A stretch of DNA of 46,029 nucleotides, the filler included, from Streblomastix strix (taxonomy: Eukaryota), in assembly GCA_008636045.1 (NCBI GenBank). It is 2 parts of 2 records of this genome, joined end to end, with 100 filler letters (N's around TTAATTAATTAA, not from the genome) between each part and the next. Parts side by side here need not be neighbours in the genome. Positions count along the whole stretch, not along the records: positions 1 to 22,979 come from SNRW01000303.1; positions 23,080 to 46,029 come from SNRW01000304.1. One strand, given 5' to 3'. Shown here piece by piece: positions 14,850 to 29,779 of the stretch. The translations under genes were made by a program, and so were the position numbers. Every line of letters begins with the position of its first letter. Positions within the stretch are counted from its first letter, which is position 1. The notes below the pieces were generated by a model. It saw only the letters and a program-made list of their open reading frames with translations. It searched no databases and was not told where the DNA came from.

Positions 14850-16750
14850 ATATATTGAAAAATTTATATGAATTTAATTCATTTTAATATGGTAATGTAA
14901 AATAGATGTATATAAATTAAATAAAATATTTATACTTGAAATGAAGCGCCAGTCTAACAGACAAATACCTGTTGTAAGAAGAATAATAGCATATGATAAA
15001 AATTATTCATATATAATAGAGAAAATTTATTAATATATATATTCAAATTAATTCAATATATAATTATATTAATTCATTATATATAATCATGTTAATTCAT
15101 AATATATATAATCATGGTAATTCAATATATAACTTCATATGTAAAATCTTATGCTCATTGGCACATTAAGAATGTAAATGGGTTGTTTCTGATCATCAAC
15201 AAAAAAATTGATTGTGCGTGGAACAGCTTCAAAATCAACCCTTTGAGTAAATATTGAAATTGCAATATATATATATAATGAGTAATAATAATTAATTATT
15301 TTATTTCAATAGATAAATAATATTCTAAAGCATTAATATTAGTTATAATACTTCAGAACTTACAATCTAACCACATTTATTCATCTGATTACCTATAATA
15401 CCTTAAGTACTTTATCGAATTCCAAGTTCAATTCTAAATATTCAGTATATAATAATATAAATATGAATAAAAATAAAAGCAATAATAATGAAATAAAAAT
15501 AATTTTAAAAAAATAGGATATAAGTAAAGAAAACTAAACTAAATTATTACATTTAGTATTTCATACTTATTTTAATATCGAACAATCCTTATTTAATCTA
15601 AAAATAAAATAAATAAATATAATATAACATCAAAAAATAGTTTCAATAATAATATTAATTCAATTATTACTAAAAATAAAACTATAAATAAATATAAAAC
15701 ATGCAATTATTTACTCCTAGATAAGTATTAGGATCAAATCTAACACTTTATTTTACAATCCCAAATCCTGAGTTAATAAGAAAAATGAATAAAAAAAAAT
15801 TAATTAATATATAAGTAATAAAAATTAAATTATTAATTTTCAATTATTTATTTATTTATTTATTCCTTATTATTTATATTAAATAAGAATATCGAACTGA
15901 AATTCTCTGATTTGTGATTTTCAAATTAAAGTTTAATCCTATGTACACCTTTTGTCATAACTGGATCAACTAGATAAAGTAAATATATTGATATGATACA
16001 AAATTTAAATATTAATATAAAAAGAAATACATTATAAATTAAATAGAAAATATTCTTAAAATTAATATGTAATTTATACCTGAAATTGATCAGAATGTAT
16101 TTCCTGTCTATGTTAGAACAAATTTATTATTGTTTATAAATAAATATGCCATATTCATATTATATAAATAATAATAAAAATAAATAATACACTATAATTT
16201 ATTTTATATTATATTAAAAATCATAAAAATAATTTAAATTAATTCAGTAATATCATTATATAATTATTAAATATCAGTAACTAACCAACATTCAATCCAC
16301 TTCTAGTGTATAGTATTATGAGATTATGCTCAACTGGATCATATCATGATTATATTAATGCATTTTAATTAAAAATACATAAATTATTAATGAATAATAA
16401 AAAATGAATTTATACTCTATTTTATTAATATATTTTATCACATCAGTACAATACAAATACAATACATACCAAGTGTCTTCTACAGTATAAACTTAATCTA
16501 CAGAAGCTCCAAACTCAGTTATTCACAATCATTTTCTTTCTCATTCCTTTCTAATTTCATCCTTAAAATTGCAAAATATCTTTTTTCTCGATTTTTTCCA
16601 AGTTCTAACAGTGATGGAGGTGGTAAGTTGTATGAAAATAAGGTTTCATTCAGTTGATATATATCAAGCATTTATTGTCAGCCTTATTTTGATTGTTTCA
16701 ATCAAATTTTATGTAATGTTATCAATTTCTGAAGTTCATTTACTACTAAA
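14850..16750 (-). pseudogene. Intron-rich, probably degraded SPRY/B30.2-like protein gene
   Basis: Exon fragments DPVMTKGVHRIKLQFEN, GFGIVKQSVRFDPNTYLG and RVDFEAVPRTINFFVDDQKQPIYILNVPMSIRF resemble SPRY beta-strands. The exon structure is not resolved. Confidence 0.4.
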
Positions 16751-17749
16751 AGAAAAATAAATATAATTTTTAATAAATATCTAATAAAATAAAAAAATAT
16801 TTTTCAATAATATATATAAAACACATATAGAACGTTATAATAAAGAGAAATTTTATTTTGGAGGAAAAAAAGGATTTTATGAAGTTTGGATTAATATAAA
16901 TGTTGGTCAAATCACTGATTATAAAAATAAATTTCAATATATTGTAAATAAAGAAATAAATTAATATTTTATATTAATTATCAAGGCTAAATAAGTAAAT
17001 TTCTTTAAATTATGAATTATTATGCTATTTTGAGTTTGAAGATTCGAAATATTTTCATGTTTTATAATATGTATAATTTTTATAATTTTTAAAGTATTAA
17101 ATTTTGTTATTGTTGTGATTGATATACAATTTTTATTTAGATAAATAACAAGGCATTTGACTTTATATTAAGGTAATTATGCTTCATTTATAAGCAAATG
17201 TTATTTATTAAATATATTTTACTAATATTTATTTGTATACATTCAATTTGAAGGAAAAATTCGTTATTTTATTATAAATCAAGATTTTAACAAAAAGGAT
17301 AATTTCAATTTGCATTAATTATGTTATTTAGTTTAGAATTTATTAAATATAAAGAAATTGTTAAAGTAATAATTATTGTTTTATTGATTTTTCAACCTTA
17401 TCTTTACTTCTGATATTTTTTCATCAAATTTTGATGTTTATTTAGAAACTAATAATTAAAATCTTGTTTCAAGCAACTTTATTATATATCATCTGACTAT
17501 TTATTTTGAAATTTTGATTAATTTATCAAATATTTTATATATTTGAAGAAAGTATAATTTCATTTTTATTTTTTATATAAAATTTAGAGCTTGCGTATGA
17601 ACAGATAAATATGGTCTGCAGTACCATCAATAATTATTATAATAAAGACAATATTTTTTAATGTAATAAATTAATTTCAATAAATTTATTCAATTCATAT
17701 TTATTTTTATTAAATTATTAAAAATTTATACGTAATTTTTATATTAATC

Positions 17750-20130
17750 AAAACAGTAATAAATATCATCCTTCGAATATACTAGAAGTTATATTGTACT
17801 CGCTTCCTGAATTTTCAAGGTTTGATTAATCGTTCTCATTTTCTGTTTCAATGAGCTTTTTTCGTTTGTTTTATTTTTATGAACTTGATTTTATCTTCTT
17901 GCTATTCCTCTTCTTCTTCTTCTTCTTCTTTGCATTTTTTGCACTAAAATCAAATTCTTCTGAAGAATCATCATAAAAAATTATTATTATATCATCCTAC
18001 TAACTCCACTTTTTCTTGATTTTTCTTGAAATGGTTTAAGTTTTTTCTTATGTTTCATCTTTTAACATTTAATTCATTCTTTTTCTTTATTTAGATGCTT
18101 AATTTTTTCCAAAGACTTAAGAATCATTCTTCTATTTCTTTTTCGAGCTTCCCTGATATCTACATGATGCCACCCTTGTTAGTAAGTTGACCTCATCTAA
18201 ATTCGAGCGGAAGTATTTGAGCTATCATAATTACCTAAAATCTCATTGTTTCTTTCTTGAAAATGAAGAAATCTTGATGAATCAACTAGATTATACTTAG
18301 TAATATATATTCTTCCAATTGTTCTTGTATAATCAATAAATTCACAACTATATTAATAACCACTTTTAGACATTATTCTGAAATTGGAGGAAAAGGTTTG
18401 CAATAATTAATTATATATCCTAATTGGTTATGAAAGCCTTTATAAATTTAAATAATTGCTTATTAAGCTAAAAAACGAGTCGCATAAATTTTTGCCATGA
18501 TTTTCACTAAAAAAATTAATTCTTATTTCTTTATTTTTTCTAATTTCAGATAGTGGAGAAAGTAACATCCAAAGAAGAAATCCATTCTTCATAACCCCGC
18601 CCCGTCACTCCAAGTGTAGACAGTTTTTGCAGATTGAAGAGGATCTTGGCTGAATGCATACAATAGGCATGTTGTTACTGCTATGAAATCCTTCTTTAAT
18701 ATTTCTGATGTGTATGGAATATATTTTTTTGTTAATTTTTTTGATAATTTATCTATATATATTATAACTGCAGCAGACATCTGCACTTGCTTTTTCTAAT
18801 AAAAGTCCTAACAAAGTTGCTCATCATCTTGAGGTATTGTTAGATCTTCATTAAAGTCATATATTATAATAATTTCATCCTCATTCAAGTTTTATTACTA
18901 CTGTTTGAATATAAATCTTTGAGCATTTTTGCTTTTTAGATGCTAAATATATAATTCATATTAATCCTACTCTTATTATGTTAGTTATTCTTTCTTTTTT
19001 ACTTTTTTTAAAATGTCTTTAATTCTATAACAAATATCACAGACATCAGAGCGTACTTTGACTCTGCAAAAGAACGGTCTCATAATCTTGACGAATTGCG
19101 AATAACAAATTTTAGTATATTTTTATTAAGATAAATATTAAAGATAATGATTCCTTAATGACTAATGATATTGTCTAATATTATATCTTTTGAATTTATC
19201 ACATCTTTAATAATTTCCTTTCTCTTAATTCTAATCTTAATCATTATTCAAATTATTATTATTTATTACAGGTTCTACCTTATTAAATTTTGATATTGAA
19301 ATTGGAATTTGTTTCAATAAAATTTATTCAATAAATGACTTATCTTTTGTTGGGGATCTTTATTTTTGCTGAAGAAGCTGAAATGGCCCCTCTACTTAAA
19401 GCTATTCCTCATTTTCGAATAGAGTTATTGCATATTCTTATTTTTATATTTAATCATAATCTTAATCAATTTCTCTCCAAAAGAAAAATCTAGTCAATTC
19501 TGACTGTTCAATCATATAATTATATACATGAATTCGTTCCTCATAAGTGAGAGTATTAGAAGGAGAATGTCCAAATCTACTTACAGCCAAATCATTATGT
19601 TGTGCAGCGTAATAATATTAGTTGTATGATTAATCAAACTCAGCTTCATCTATTTGTTTATAGCTGAAAAAAGGGCATATGCATTTCATTAATAGCTCGC
19701 AATATTACTCAGGAATTAGTTTCATAAATTTTGACAATTTTTTTAGCATTTCATTCATTTAATCTTAATAAATAGATTATAACCAATATAAATACATTAT
19801 TTTTTTAAAATAATTTTTAATAACTTATTCATTATTTAATATTCAGACCTATATATAACTATACAGCTTAATCCTTGATTTGTTTTCCAATTTCGGTGTG
19901 CTCAAATAAATATTTCATATTCAGTTAAGGAGAAACTAAGGAGAGTTTAGGTAAAAATTTGAAAAAATGTTAATTCCATGCAGTCTGGTGACTTCCTTTG
20001 AGACTTGTAACAGGATTTATTTTAAGATCAAGAGAAGCTGTTTCTTTTATGAATGATTTTAAACTAAAGACCGGAGTAAGCTTTTAATTTGGAATTGAAT
20101 CTAATTTTGGCTCTAATTCAAATTCTTAAC
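17750..20130 (-). pseudogene. Hypothetical host protein with Lys/Glu-rich C-terminus, interrupted by several TGAs
   Basis: Long code-6 reading stretches (EFELEPKLDSIPNQKLTPVF...; TLTYEERIHVYNYMIEQS; QMSAAVIIYIDKLSKK...) with in-frame TGAs (e.g. 18589). Family not recognised. Confidence 0.4.
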
Positions 20131-21100
20131 ATCAAATTTAAAAGTAATTATAATTAAATTAAATATAAACAAATTTTTTTAAATATTTTAATATAATTCA
20201 ACTGCGATGGTGTAACTGTAGCGTCGAAATCCATATTTTTTATTTCTAACCATTTTTATCAATAAAATTTTTTTCTCATCAAATATTGAATGTTTCTTAA
20301 AAAAAACTTTAAAATTATTAAGTAAATAATTATTTATTATTAATTTTATATACTATTAACTTCAGTTACATTCCATCAATTAAAACTTGAATTGGGCAAA
20401 TCCGTTCCCATATTAGCTCATATCAATGAAAACTATGGATATATTTTTCTTCTAAAATCAACATTTAGACGTTAAGAAAATAATTAAAGAAAAGCATTAA
20501 AATAGTAAGACATAAAAATTTGATTAAAAAGAAGAACTTCACTTCATTAAATGAGGTTGGAGATATTTATGGTACTAATTTACAAGTATAGTTTGAAGAA
20601 TGGAAGTTAATTAGTATTAATGATGGAAAATTAAGGAAAATGAAAAAAAATTAACTGATTTATTAGGTGATAGAATCTAACATTTATGGATACCCGCAAA
20701 AAAAATTGGAGACCGGTACAAATTTCTTAAAAGGAACGCTCCGAGCTATGGTCTATTAATTAAAAATCTCGTTTATATAAAAGATTTAAAATACTATGCA
20801 AAAAATTTTAATCGATAAATATGACATATCAAATTTGGTTTCTCGTCTCAAAATAATCTCGCCCATTTGTCGCAAAATAAATTATATTTTGATCTAGAAA
20901 CAGATTTAATATTAAATAATATAAATATTAATTAATGTGATCAATAAAATATTTTTAAAATATTATTGACAAATTTTATATCCACGCTAAGAAGAAATAT
21001 TTTTTATTTATTTATAGAATTTTTTAATAAAAAGGGACAAAAAACAAATTATGAGATACCTATTTATTTCATATTAAAAAAATGAAATAAACTATAAAAA

Positions 21101-22979
<1,879 letters not shown>

Positions 22980-23079
22980 NNNNNNNNNNNNNNNNNNNNN
23001 NNNNNNNNNNNNNNNNNNNNNNNTTAATTAATTAANNNNNNNNNNNNNNNNNNNNNNNNNNNNNNNNNNNNNNNNNNNN
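22980..23079. other. Artificial contig spacer (Ns with TTAATTAATTAA six-frame-stop linker)
   Basis: 100-nt N block with TTAATTAATTAA at 23024-23035. Genes on both sides are cut off at the block. Confidence 0.95.
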
Positions 23080-23081
23080 TC

Positions 23082-26000
23082 TATGCTTCACTTAAAAGTG
23101 ACATTTTAGTTCCATATCTTGAGTCTCAATCTACAATAGCTTATGTATCTAATAGTTAAACTGGAGACGATATATATCCAGAATTTAATGTAGCTTTTGG
23201 AACTTTGTCTAACCATGGAGGGCAGGTATTTGTGCTAGATGACGCGTTCAATTGTATTGGGACAACTATATTTGCTATCAATTAAGAAATAACAATCAGT
23301 CCAAGTCTACCAAATACAAAATTATACAATTTGATGGTGTCATCCAATCCTTTATACGTTACGAGCTTTGGACTGCTTATAATAAGTGACTTCAATGCTA
23401 TACAAGGTGATGATACAGAATTAGGAGCTTCATCTGGAAGGAGTGAATTCTTCTACATCGGTGGTTGGGCCGAAGTGAGATTAACTAAAATCAACTTCTC
23501 AACTAATTATAGGCCAGGTGTAACTGGAAGAACTTTCATCTCTATATCTACTGGTTCACTTCTATTGGATGAATGCAGTTTTAGCGGTGGATAATTTGTT
23601 CAATACGATTCTTAAGTAACATTATCCAATCCTTAAAGGATAGTAATCAAGAAGAGCAATTTTACAGATGCTTTAGGATACGGTCCTTATTCAGCTGCAC
23701 TTGGTTTCACCTCCGTTTCTGATATAAGCCAAATATCAATCACAGATAGTATATTCTCAAACAATAAATAGTCGACACCAGGTGGAAGTACTTTTTATGC
23801 TGGTGCGATACACGTATCTTTCCAAGGTGCTAATCATTAAAGATTCGACTTTTCCAGGAATACATTCACTAACAACAGGGGTTAGATTGCAGGAGCAATC
23901 TACATATAGTATCCTTATGCGCCAGCAGTAACTTTAGATAAGTTCATTTTTGACGGGTGCACTTTCAGCAATAACACTTTAACCAATTCTCAGTAATCTG
24001 ACATCTACTTCAGTCATCCTTTGAATGCTTACTTTAGTGCAACTGGATATTATTATCACCCGTTGGAAGTAACAAGTGATCCTAGCGCAGCTGATGAAAC
24101 ATTAGAATTAACACTTCAAAGAAACATCCCTAATTCTGAATTTTACAAATTCAAGACAGTTTCCAGTGCTTTAATCTTTGCTGGTCGTTTCCGTGATTAT
24201 CCGAAGTCCCCAATAACAATAATTGACTCAATAACAAGTCTCACTTCTGAAGCAATCACTGGTAATGACATTATTATACAAGGAAAGAGAAAATTGACTG
24301 ATACCACAACTCAAAGCACAATTAGCAGTGATGTTGATACTGATTCTATATTTGTATTCAGTGGAACTAATGATGTGCTCCGTTGGCTGACGTTTGTGAG
24401 AGTTGCATAATCCAGTGCTACTGTTCTAATTGATGTTATTGGTGGAAGTCTTACTGTTGATAGTTGCACTTTTAATGATCGGAGCGCTGTAACATCTACG
24501 TAACCAGAATTTACATTCATTAAAGCATCTGGGACTTCAACTACAGTATTAAACTCAATATTCAATGGAAATTAATATGATAATGGAGCTGCCATCAACA
24601 AAACTAGTGGTATATTGAATGTTGAGAAAAGCATCTTCACTGGAGCGATAGCATAAACTGGACCATTCATAAGATTAAGAGGATCAGGAGCCAACACAAT
24701 TTCTTCAAATATATTTAGAAATGTAACATATTATGGAAGTCTCGTTCCAGGTACTATCAATTTTGCAGCTGTGATTATTGACACTGATAATTCTGTTAGT
24801 AGTATCAGTCTGAACACATTCACTGGTTTAGTGAACGGTCCTGGCATTACCATAGACTCAACGCTGTTCACTGTTACATTGAACTCAAATGTCTTCAGAG
24901 ATAATGGCCAGTCAATTCTTTAAGCTGGAGGAGTAAGAATTACTAAAGCCGATGCAAGAGGTAGTTTCACTGCTCTATATAACACGTTTTATAACAACAC
25001 TGCTACTCGAGCAGGAGTAATTTTTGCTGACGTTTCATCAGGAACTCCAACTTATGTCATACAATATAACCTATTCATTAACAACACTGCAAATGCTGCA
25101 GTTGGTAGTAAAGCTAATGACATCTTGATTCTGAGCAATTGCACATATAGAATAAGTGATAATGTTTAGATTGATGGAGACAGTTCAGATGCATTGATAT
25201 AAATTAGAGATGATGTGATAGAGATTGCCAATGCATATTCAATTGTATTACCTTATTAATACTAAAGAGATGTTTGCATATTATTATTTAATTAATTAAT
25301 ATTAATTAAACACTTTAAAAATTATTTTTATTCTTAAATATTTTCTAATTTATTATTTAGATTCATGTTAGAGCTGGTGGAGAAAACCTTCCATATGATC
25401 CAGACCATCCAGACGTTTCAATTGGATCTTTTGGTAATCCACTGAAAACGATAGATTATGCAGTGAATTAAAGAGATAAAGCTGGGAACCTAGATCTTGT
25501 ATTATATAGATAAAACTATCCATTGTAATACCCACTCTGGATTTATGATGATGATATTACTATAAAAGATGAAGTATTCTGCTCAAGTCCATATTACACA
25601 ACAGATAAATCAGTAATAAGTGCTTCTTACGGTTCAAGTCATGCATTCTCCATCAGAGGAGGATCGTTTGTTCTAAATGCCATCAATATTGATATTACGT
25701 CTAGTGTATCTCCATATGTGCTTATTTTCATTACAGGATAAGGATCATTTGAAGCTAAAGATGCAAGTATTACAGTTGCCGCAACAAATTCCAAACTCAT
25801 TGATTCGAATTAATTCATCAAATCATTCAAACTAAAGAATGTCAACCCAGTCACATTTACAGGATAATCTTTATCATCTTCCCTTATTAGCACTGTTCTT
25901 AATGATGTCAGTACATTTGACATAAGTGACAGTACAATAGATGCTCGAAACAACCAGAGATATGCTTCATTAAGAATTGATGACACTCCTGTTAACATAA

Positions 26001-28629
26001 TATTCAAAACTGTTAAATTCATTTCACTTGGTACTAATACTGATTCTAAAATCGCACAAATTTATGGAATTGAAATTAATCCCATTAAAATATTTGATCA
26101 CAGCACAATTCCAGACACTACTTCATACCATCCATTACTTCAAATTACCAACGAAAGATTCTCTGGTGAATATGATGACTTACTCTTTAAAACTAAATGG
26201 AGCAATTTAGGATAATTCAACCAACTTCCTACAGAACTTTCTGCTTCTTTGACAATAAATAGTAAGATAGCATACATTGGTGCAAGACACGTCTTCCAAA
26301 CGATCGAAACTAGTTAGTTGAATGTTGTAGTTGGAGGTCATTTAACTCTTCGTGGGATTACATTCACTCAACGAGCAACGGGCGTTAGCGTAATATAAGT
26401 CAATTCAATTAATTCTGTTGTTTCATTGGAAGATGTTGGCTTCTTTGTTGCATCGAGAAGAATAGTTGAATCTGGAGTTGGAAAACTTACTTCATCATAA
26501 TTAAGGAAAGATGCCTCAAAGCTAAAGAAAAGTGATGATAAGATTAATATTGATTATTATCTTAGAAGTTTGGAAAAAACAAGCGCATCTGAAATCCTAA
26601 TAAATCCATTTGTAACAGTAGTATCTGGATATTCACTTTCTCTTTAGGGTATCAAATTTGGTGATTGGATTTCCAGCGGCAATAAACCTCTTATTGATGT
26701 CAGTGGTCCTTTGTAATATGCAACAATTGAGAACGTGTAAGTTAAAAAGATTGGAAGAAAATATGGAGGACCTCATATCCTGAACTTGAATCTTCATTCG
26801 TCTGGAGAAGCTAAGATCAATAATGTTACAATAGATGGACGAGGTTGGGTTCCTTCGATAGATGCGAAAGTTGACATTAGGGATAAAAATGAATATTTGA
26901 ATGATGAAGAAGAAGAAAAAGGAAAATGTGGAAAAGATATTTATAGACCAGTTTAAAATATAGATGAATTAACAGATACTTTGGATGTAGCAGTACCTGA
27001 TAAGTTCAATTGGAAATTTGCAGCTATTAAAGTTAAAGGAGGTAAACTCAGGATAAGTGATTCTACATTTGTAGGACTTGGTGTTGATGGAGCACTTGTA
27101 TTAGATGGTGTTGATGCTGATCTCACGAACTCAACTCTATTTGAAGAGAACAGTGTTTATGAAGCAGCAGTAGCAGAAGGAAGAAAGAAATTGATTCCAA
27201 CCGAAATAAAGACTTTGAGTAATGAAGATGATAGCGATGAAGAATATGATGAAGACGACAGAAGAACTCGTGAGTTGCGCAGATATCCAGAATATGTAAA
27301 GAATATTATTGCTGAAGGTGGAACAACACTAAAAGCATGGAATGTTAGTTTCATTGGAGAGAAGCTGGCAAAGAAGAAGGATTCATATTAGAAAGGATAT
27401 GATCTTTATGTATAATATGAAAGTGGATCTAAGCTTACAGGTGAGATTGGATAATCTAACAATGCATTTGCTGTTCCAGAGATATCATATGTAAAAAGTG
27501 CATATTTGAAAGGAACCGATAAAGACACTGCAGATGGAAAGATTGAGAAAACCGTTCAAATTGAGATCCGAACCAAAGGAAAGCTTATTCCTGGAGTTGA
27601 ATGGTTCATTGAACTACAGAACAAGAAAGATCCGGAAGATAGCAAGAGAACTTTGCATTACAACTTACTTCACAAGAAAGTTTGGGAAGAAGCAACAAAA
27701 GAAGAAAAACTTCAAGGATGGTATATAAGTGAAGACGAGAATCGTTTGAAAGATGAGAAAACAACTTCAAATAGTTATCCAGTGAATGAATTTGATGGAA
27801 AAGTGTTTGTTCGTTGGGTCAGTGAGAGAGTGATTGTTCTTAGACTTGCTCATACAGAACCAAAACCAGCAGAGAAATCGAATGCTGATGCAACTGAACC
27901 AGATTCCGATAGATATGTTAAAGATTGGCAACTTCGCGTTGGTGTTGAGAAAAGAGCAGATTAAGAAGGATAAGAAATTGAGCCAGAAGTTGAATGGACC
28001 AATCTGAAGAAATAACCACTTTCAGGTTTGAGATTATTATATATATTTAATATTATGATATAATTTAAATTTGTTTTAATATTTAATTTTCATATTTATT
28101 TTATAATTTCCAAACAGGTGGTGCAATTGCTGGAATAATTATTGCTGTCATTGTTGTAATAGTTGTTGTAATAATTATTGTGATCCTAATTATATACTTC
28201 TGCATAAAAGCAACAAATTCTGGAGATAATAAGAGTAAAAAGTAAGACGACCAATCAAATTATAATTAGGAAGAACAAGAAGAAGAATCCGAATAAAGTA
28301 GTGAATCATCAGAATCTGATTCTGATTCTGATTCAGAAAAGAAACTCAAAAAATAGAGGAAATCGAAATCACCAGTTAAAAAATAGACAGAGAAAGAAAA
28401 AGAGCCAGAAAAAGAAAAAGAAATGGAGGAAGTTAAACCAGATGATAATAAAGAAAAAGGAAAAGAAGCAGAGAAAACAGAAGAAAAGGATAAGGATAAA
28501 GAAAAGGATAAGGAAGAAGAAGAAGATGATGATGATGATGACGACGATGATGATGATGAAGAAGAAGAGGAAGAAGATGAAAAAGAGAATTAGAAATCTA
28601 AGTTATTGAAGGATGGTGATGATAAATGA
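23082..28629 (+). CDS. Very large single-pass surface protein with right-handed beta-helix (pectin-lyase/Pmp-like) repeats; 5'-partial; introns 25272-25360 and 28026-28117
   Basis: One code-6 frame links track ORFs 23331, 24021, 26981 and 27506. Repeats FTNNRGQIAGAIYI, FYNNTATRAGVIF, FINNTA. TM segment LSGGAIAGIIIAVIVVIVVVIIIVILIIYFC followed by a charged acidic tail. TGA at 28627-28629. Confidence 0.85.
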
Positions 28630-29229
28630 TTATGATGAAAAGATATTGATAAGAGATAAAGAAGAATAAAATGAAAGTGAAGATTAAGAATTAATATATA
28701 ATGACAATGAAACACAAACTTCTCTCAAATAATTATAACGATTTTTTGGGGTGAGATTTATTTTTTTCTTTCCTCCAACTTTTTCAGTCATCTCCTTCAT
28801 CTATCAGCTTTGATTCGTTTTAATTATCTCTTATTTGTTTGTGGTCATTTATTTGATTCAAACAATTGGAGAGAAAAACTTGAGTTAAAATTGATAATGT
28901 GGAAGATGAGCTCGAATATTCTTTGAATACCATTTTTATACGAATATTGAAATAGAAATGATGAGGTTTTTTAATCATTCGTCTTACTCACCCCCTGAAT
29001 ATCCATTTATCGATAGTTTCACATCACTTACAACGCCGAGCTTAGGTAAAAAATAAAAAAAATATTTTTTAATATTTTATGTGGTTTATATGTACTATTT
29101 AATTTTTAAGTTAATTAAATATATAAATGTTTGAATTCATCAAATTTGTACATCAGACCATATATTGAACGATGAATCCCGTCAAAAAAAGTATATATTT
29201 TTAAAAAAAAATTAAAGAAAAAAGAGTCA

Positions 29230-29520
29230 GTTTTATCTTCACTTCCGCTACTAATGTTTCTCTAAAGCTCTGCTTAGCTATATTTTATACTACGGTAGAG
29301 ATTTCTGTCTTGATTAGGATCGATATGATCAATAGATCTTTAAATATTTATCCATAGCGAATTTGATATAAGAACATAGCTATCATCTAATTATTGTTGC
29401 ATGTCCAATGTTTCTGCCCCTTGCTCCATTCTCCATGTTGGACTAACGTATGCCCTGTTTATAGTTCCAGAGTCACTCCTAAGCCTTTGTGAGCAGTGAT
29501 CTCTCTAAGATTTTTTGTGA
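29230..29520 (-). mobile_element. Isolated DIRS RNase H fragment (third, inverted relic)
   Basis: KGLGVTLELQTGHTLVQHGEWSKGQKHWTCNNNQMIAM...ILIKTEISTVVQNIAKQ..ETLVAEVK is colinear with copy-1 RNase H (KGWG..LELDSGEVLVAHGAW...IRSDNSTAVFD...TLAPAVK). Confidence 0.7.
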
Positions 29521-29779
29521 ACTTGCAAAAAGTTAAAACACTTGCATTTCACATAACTTTTCAACATATTATTTTGCTTTTTTTACTCTAATATAAAACT
29601 CTCAACATCGTTAATGTTTAATTCAAAGAATTAAATATTATCATTTTCAACATTTAAACTAAATTGCAGATTTATTTTCTTTTTACCTTTATTTGTCTAA
29701 TAACCATCATTTCCATTATCATTTGGATCTTCTTCATCATCAACTTTTTCAAATATTATTTCGTACTACTTTTTGTGAG

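Noticed and set aside
19050..19580. Faint resemblance to minor-spliceosome protein SNRNP48 (TLTYEERIHVYNYMIEQS; SPTKDKSFIEQIL)
   Set aside because: The match is too short, the RDYKRRR motif is not clearly present and the frame is broken. An HMM search would be needed.
23024..23035. TTAATTAATTAA palindrome
   Set aside because: Assembly linker inside the N spacer. It also means linkage between the two halves of the window cannot be assumed.
28301..28609. Lys/Met-rich 102-aa ORF
   Set aside because: Shifted frame of the acidic tail of the surface protein.
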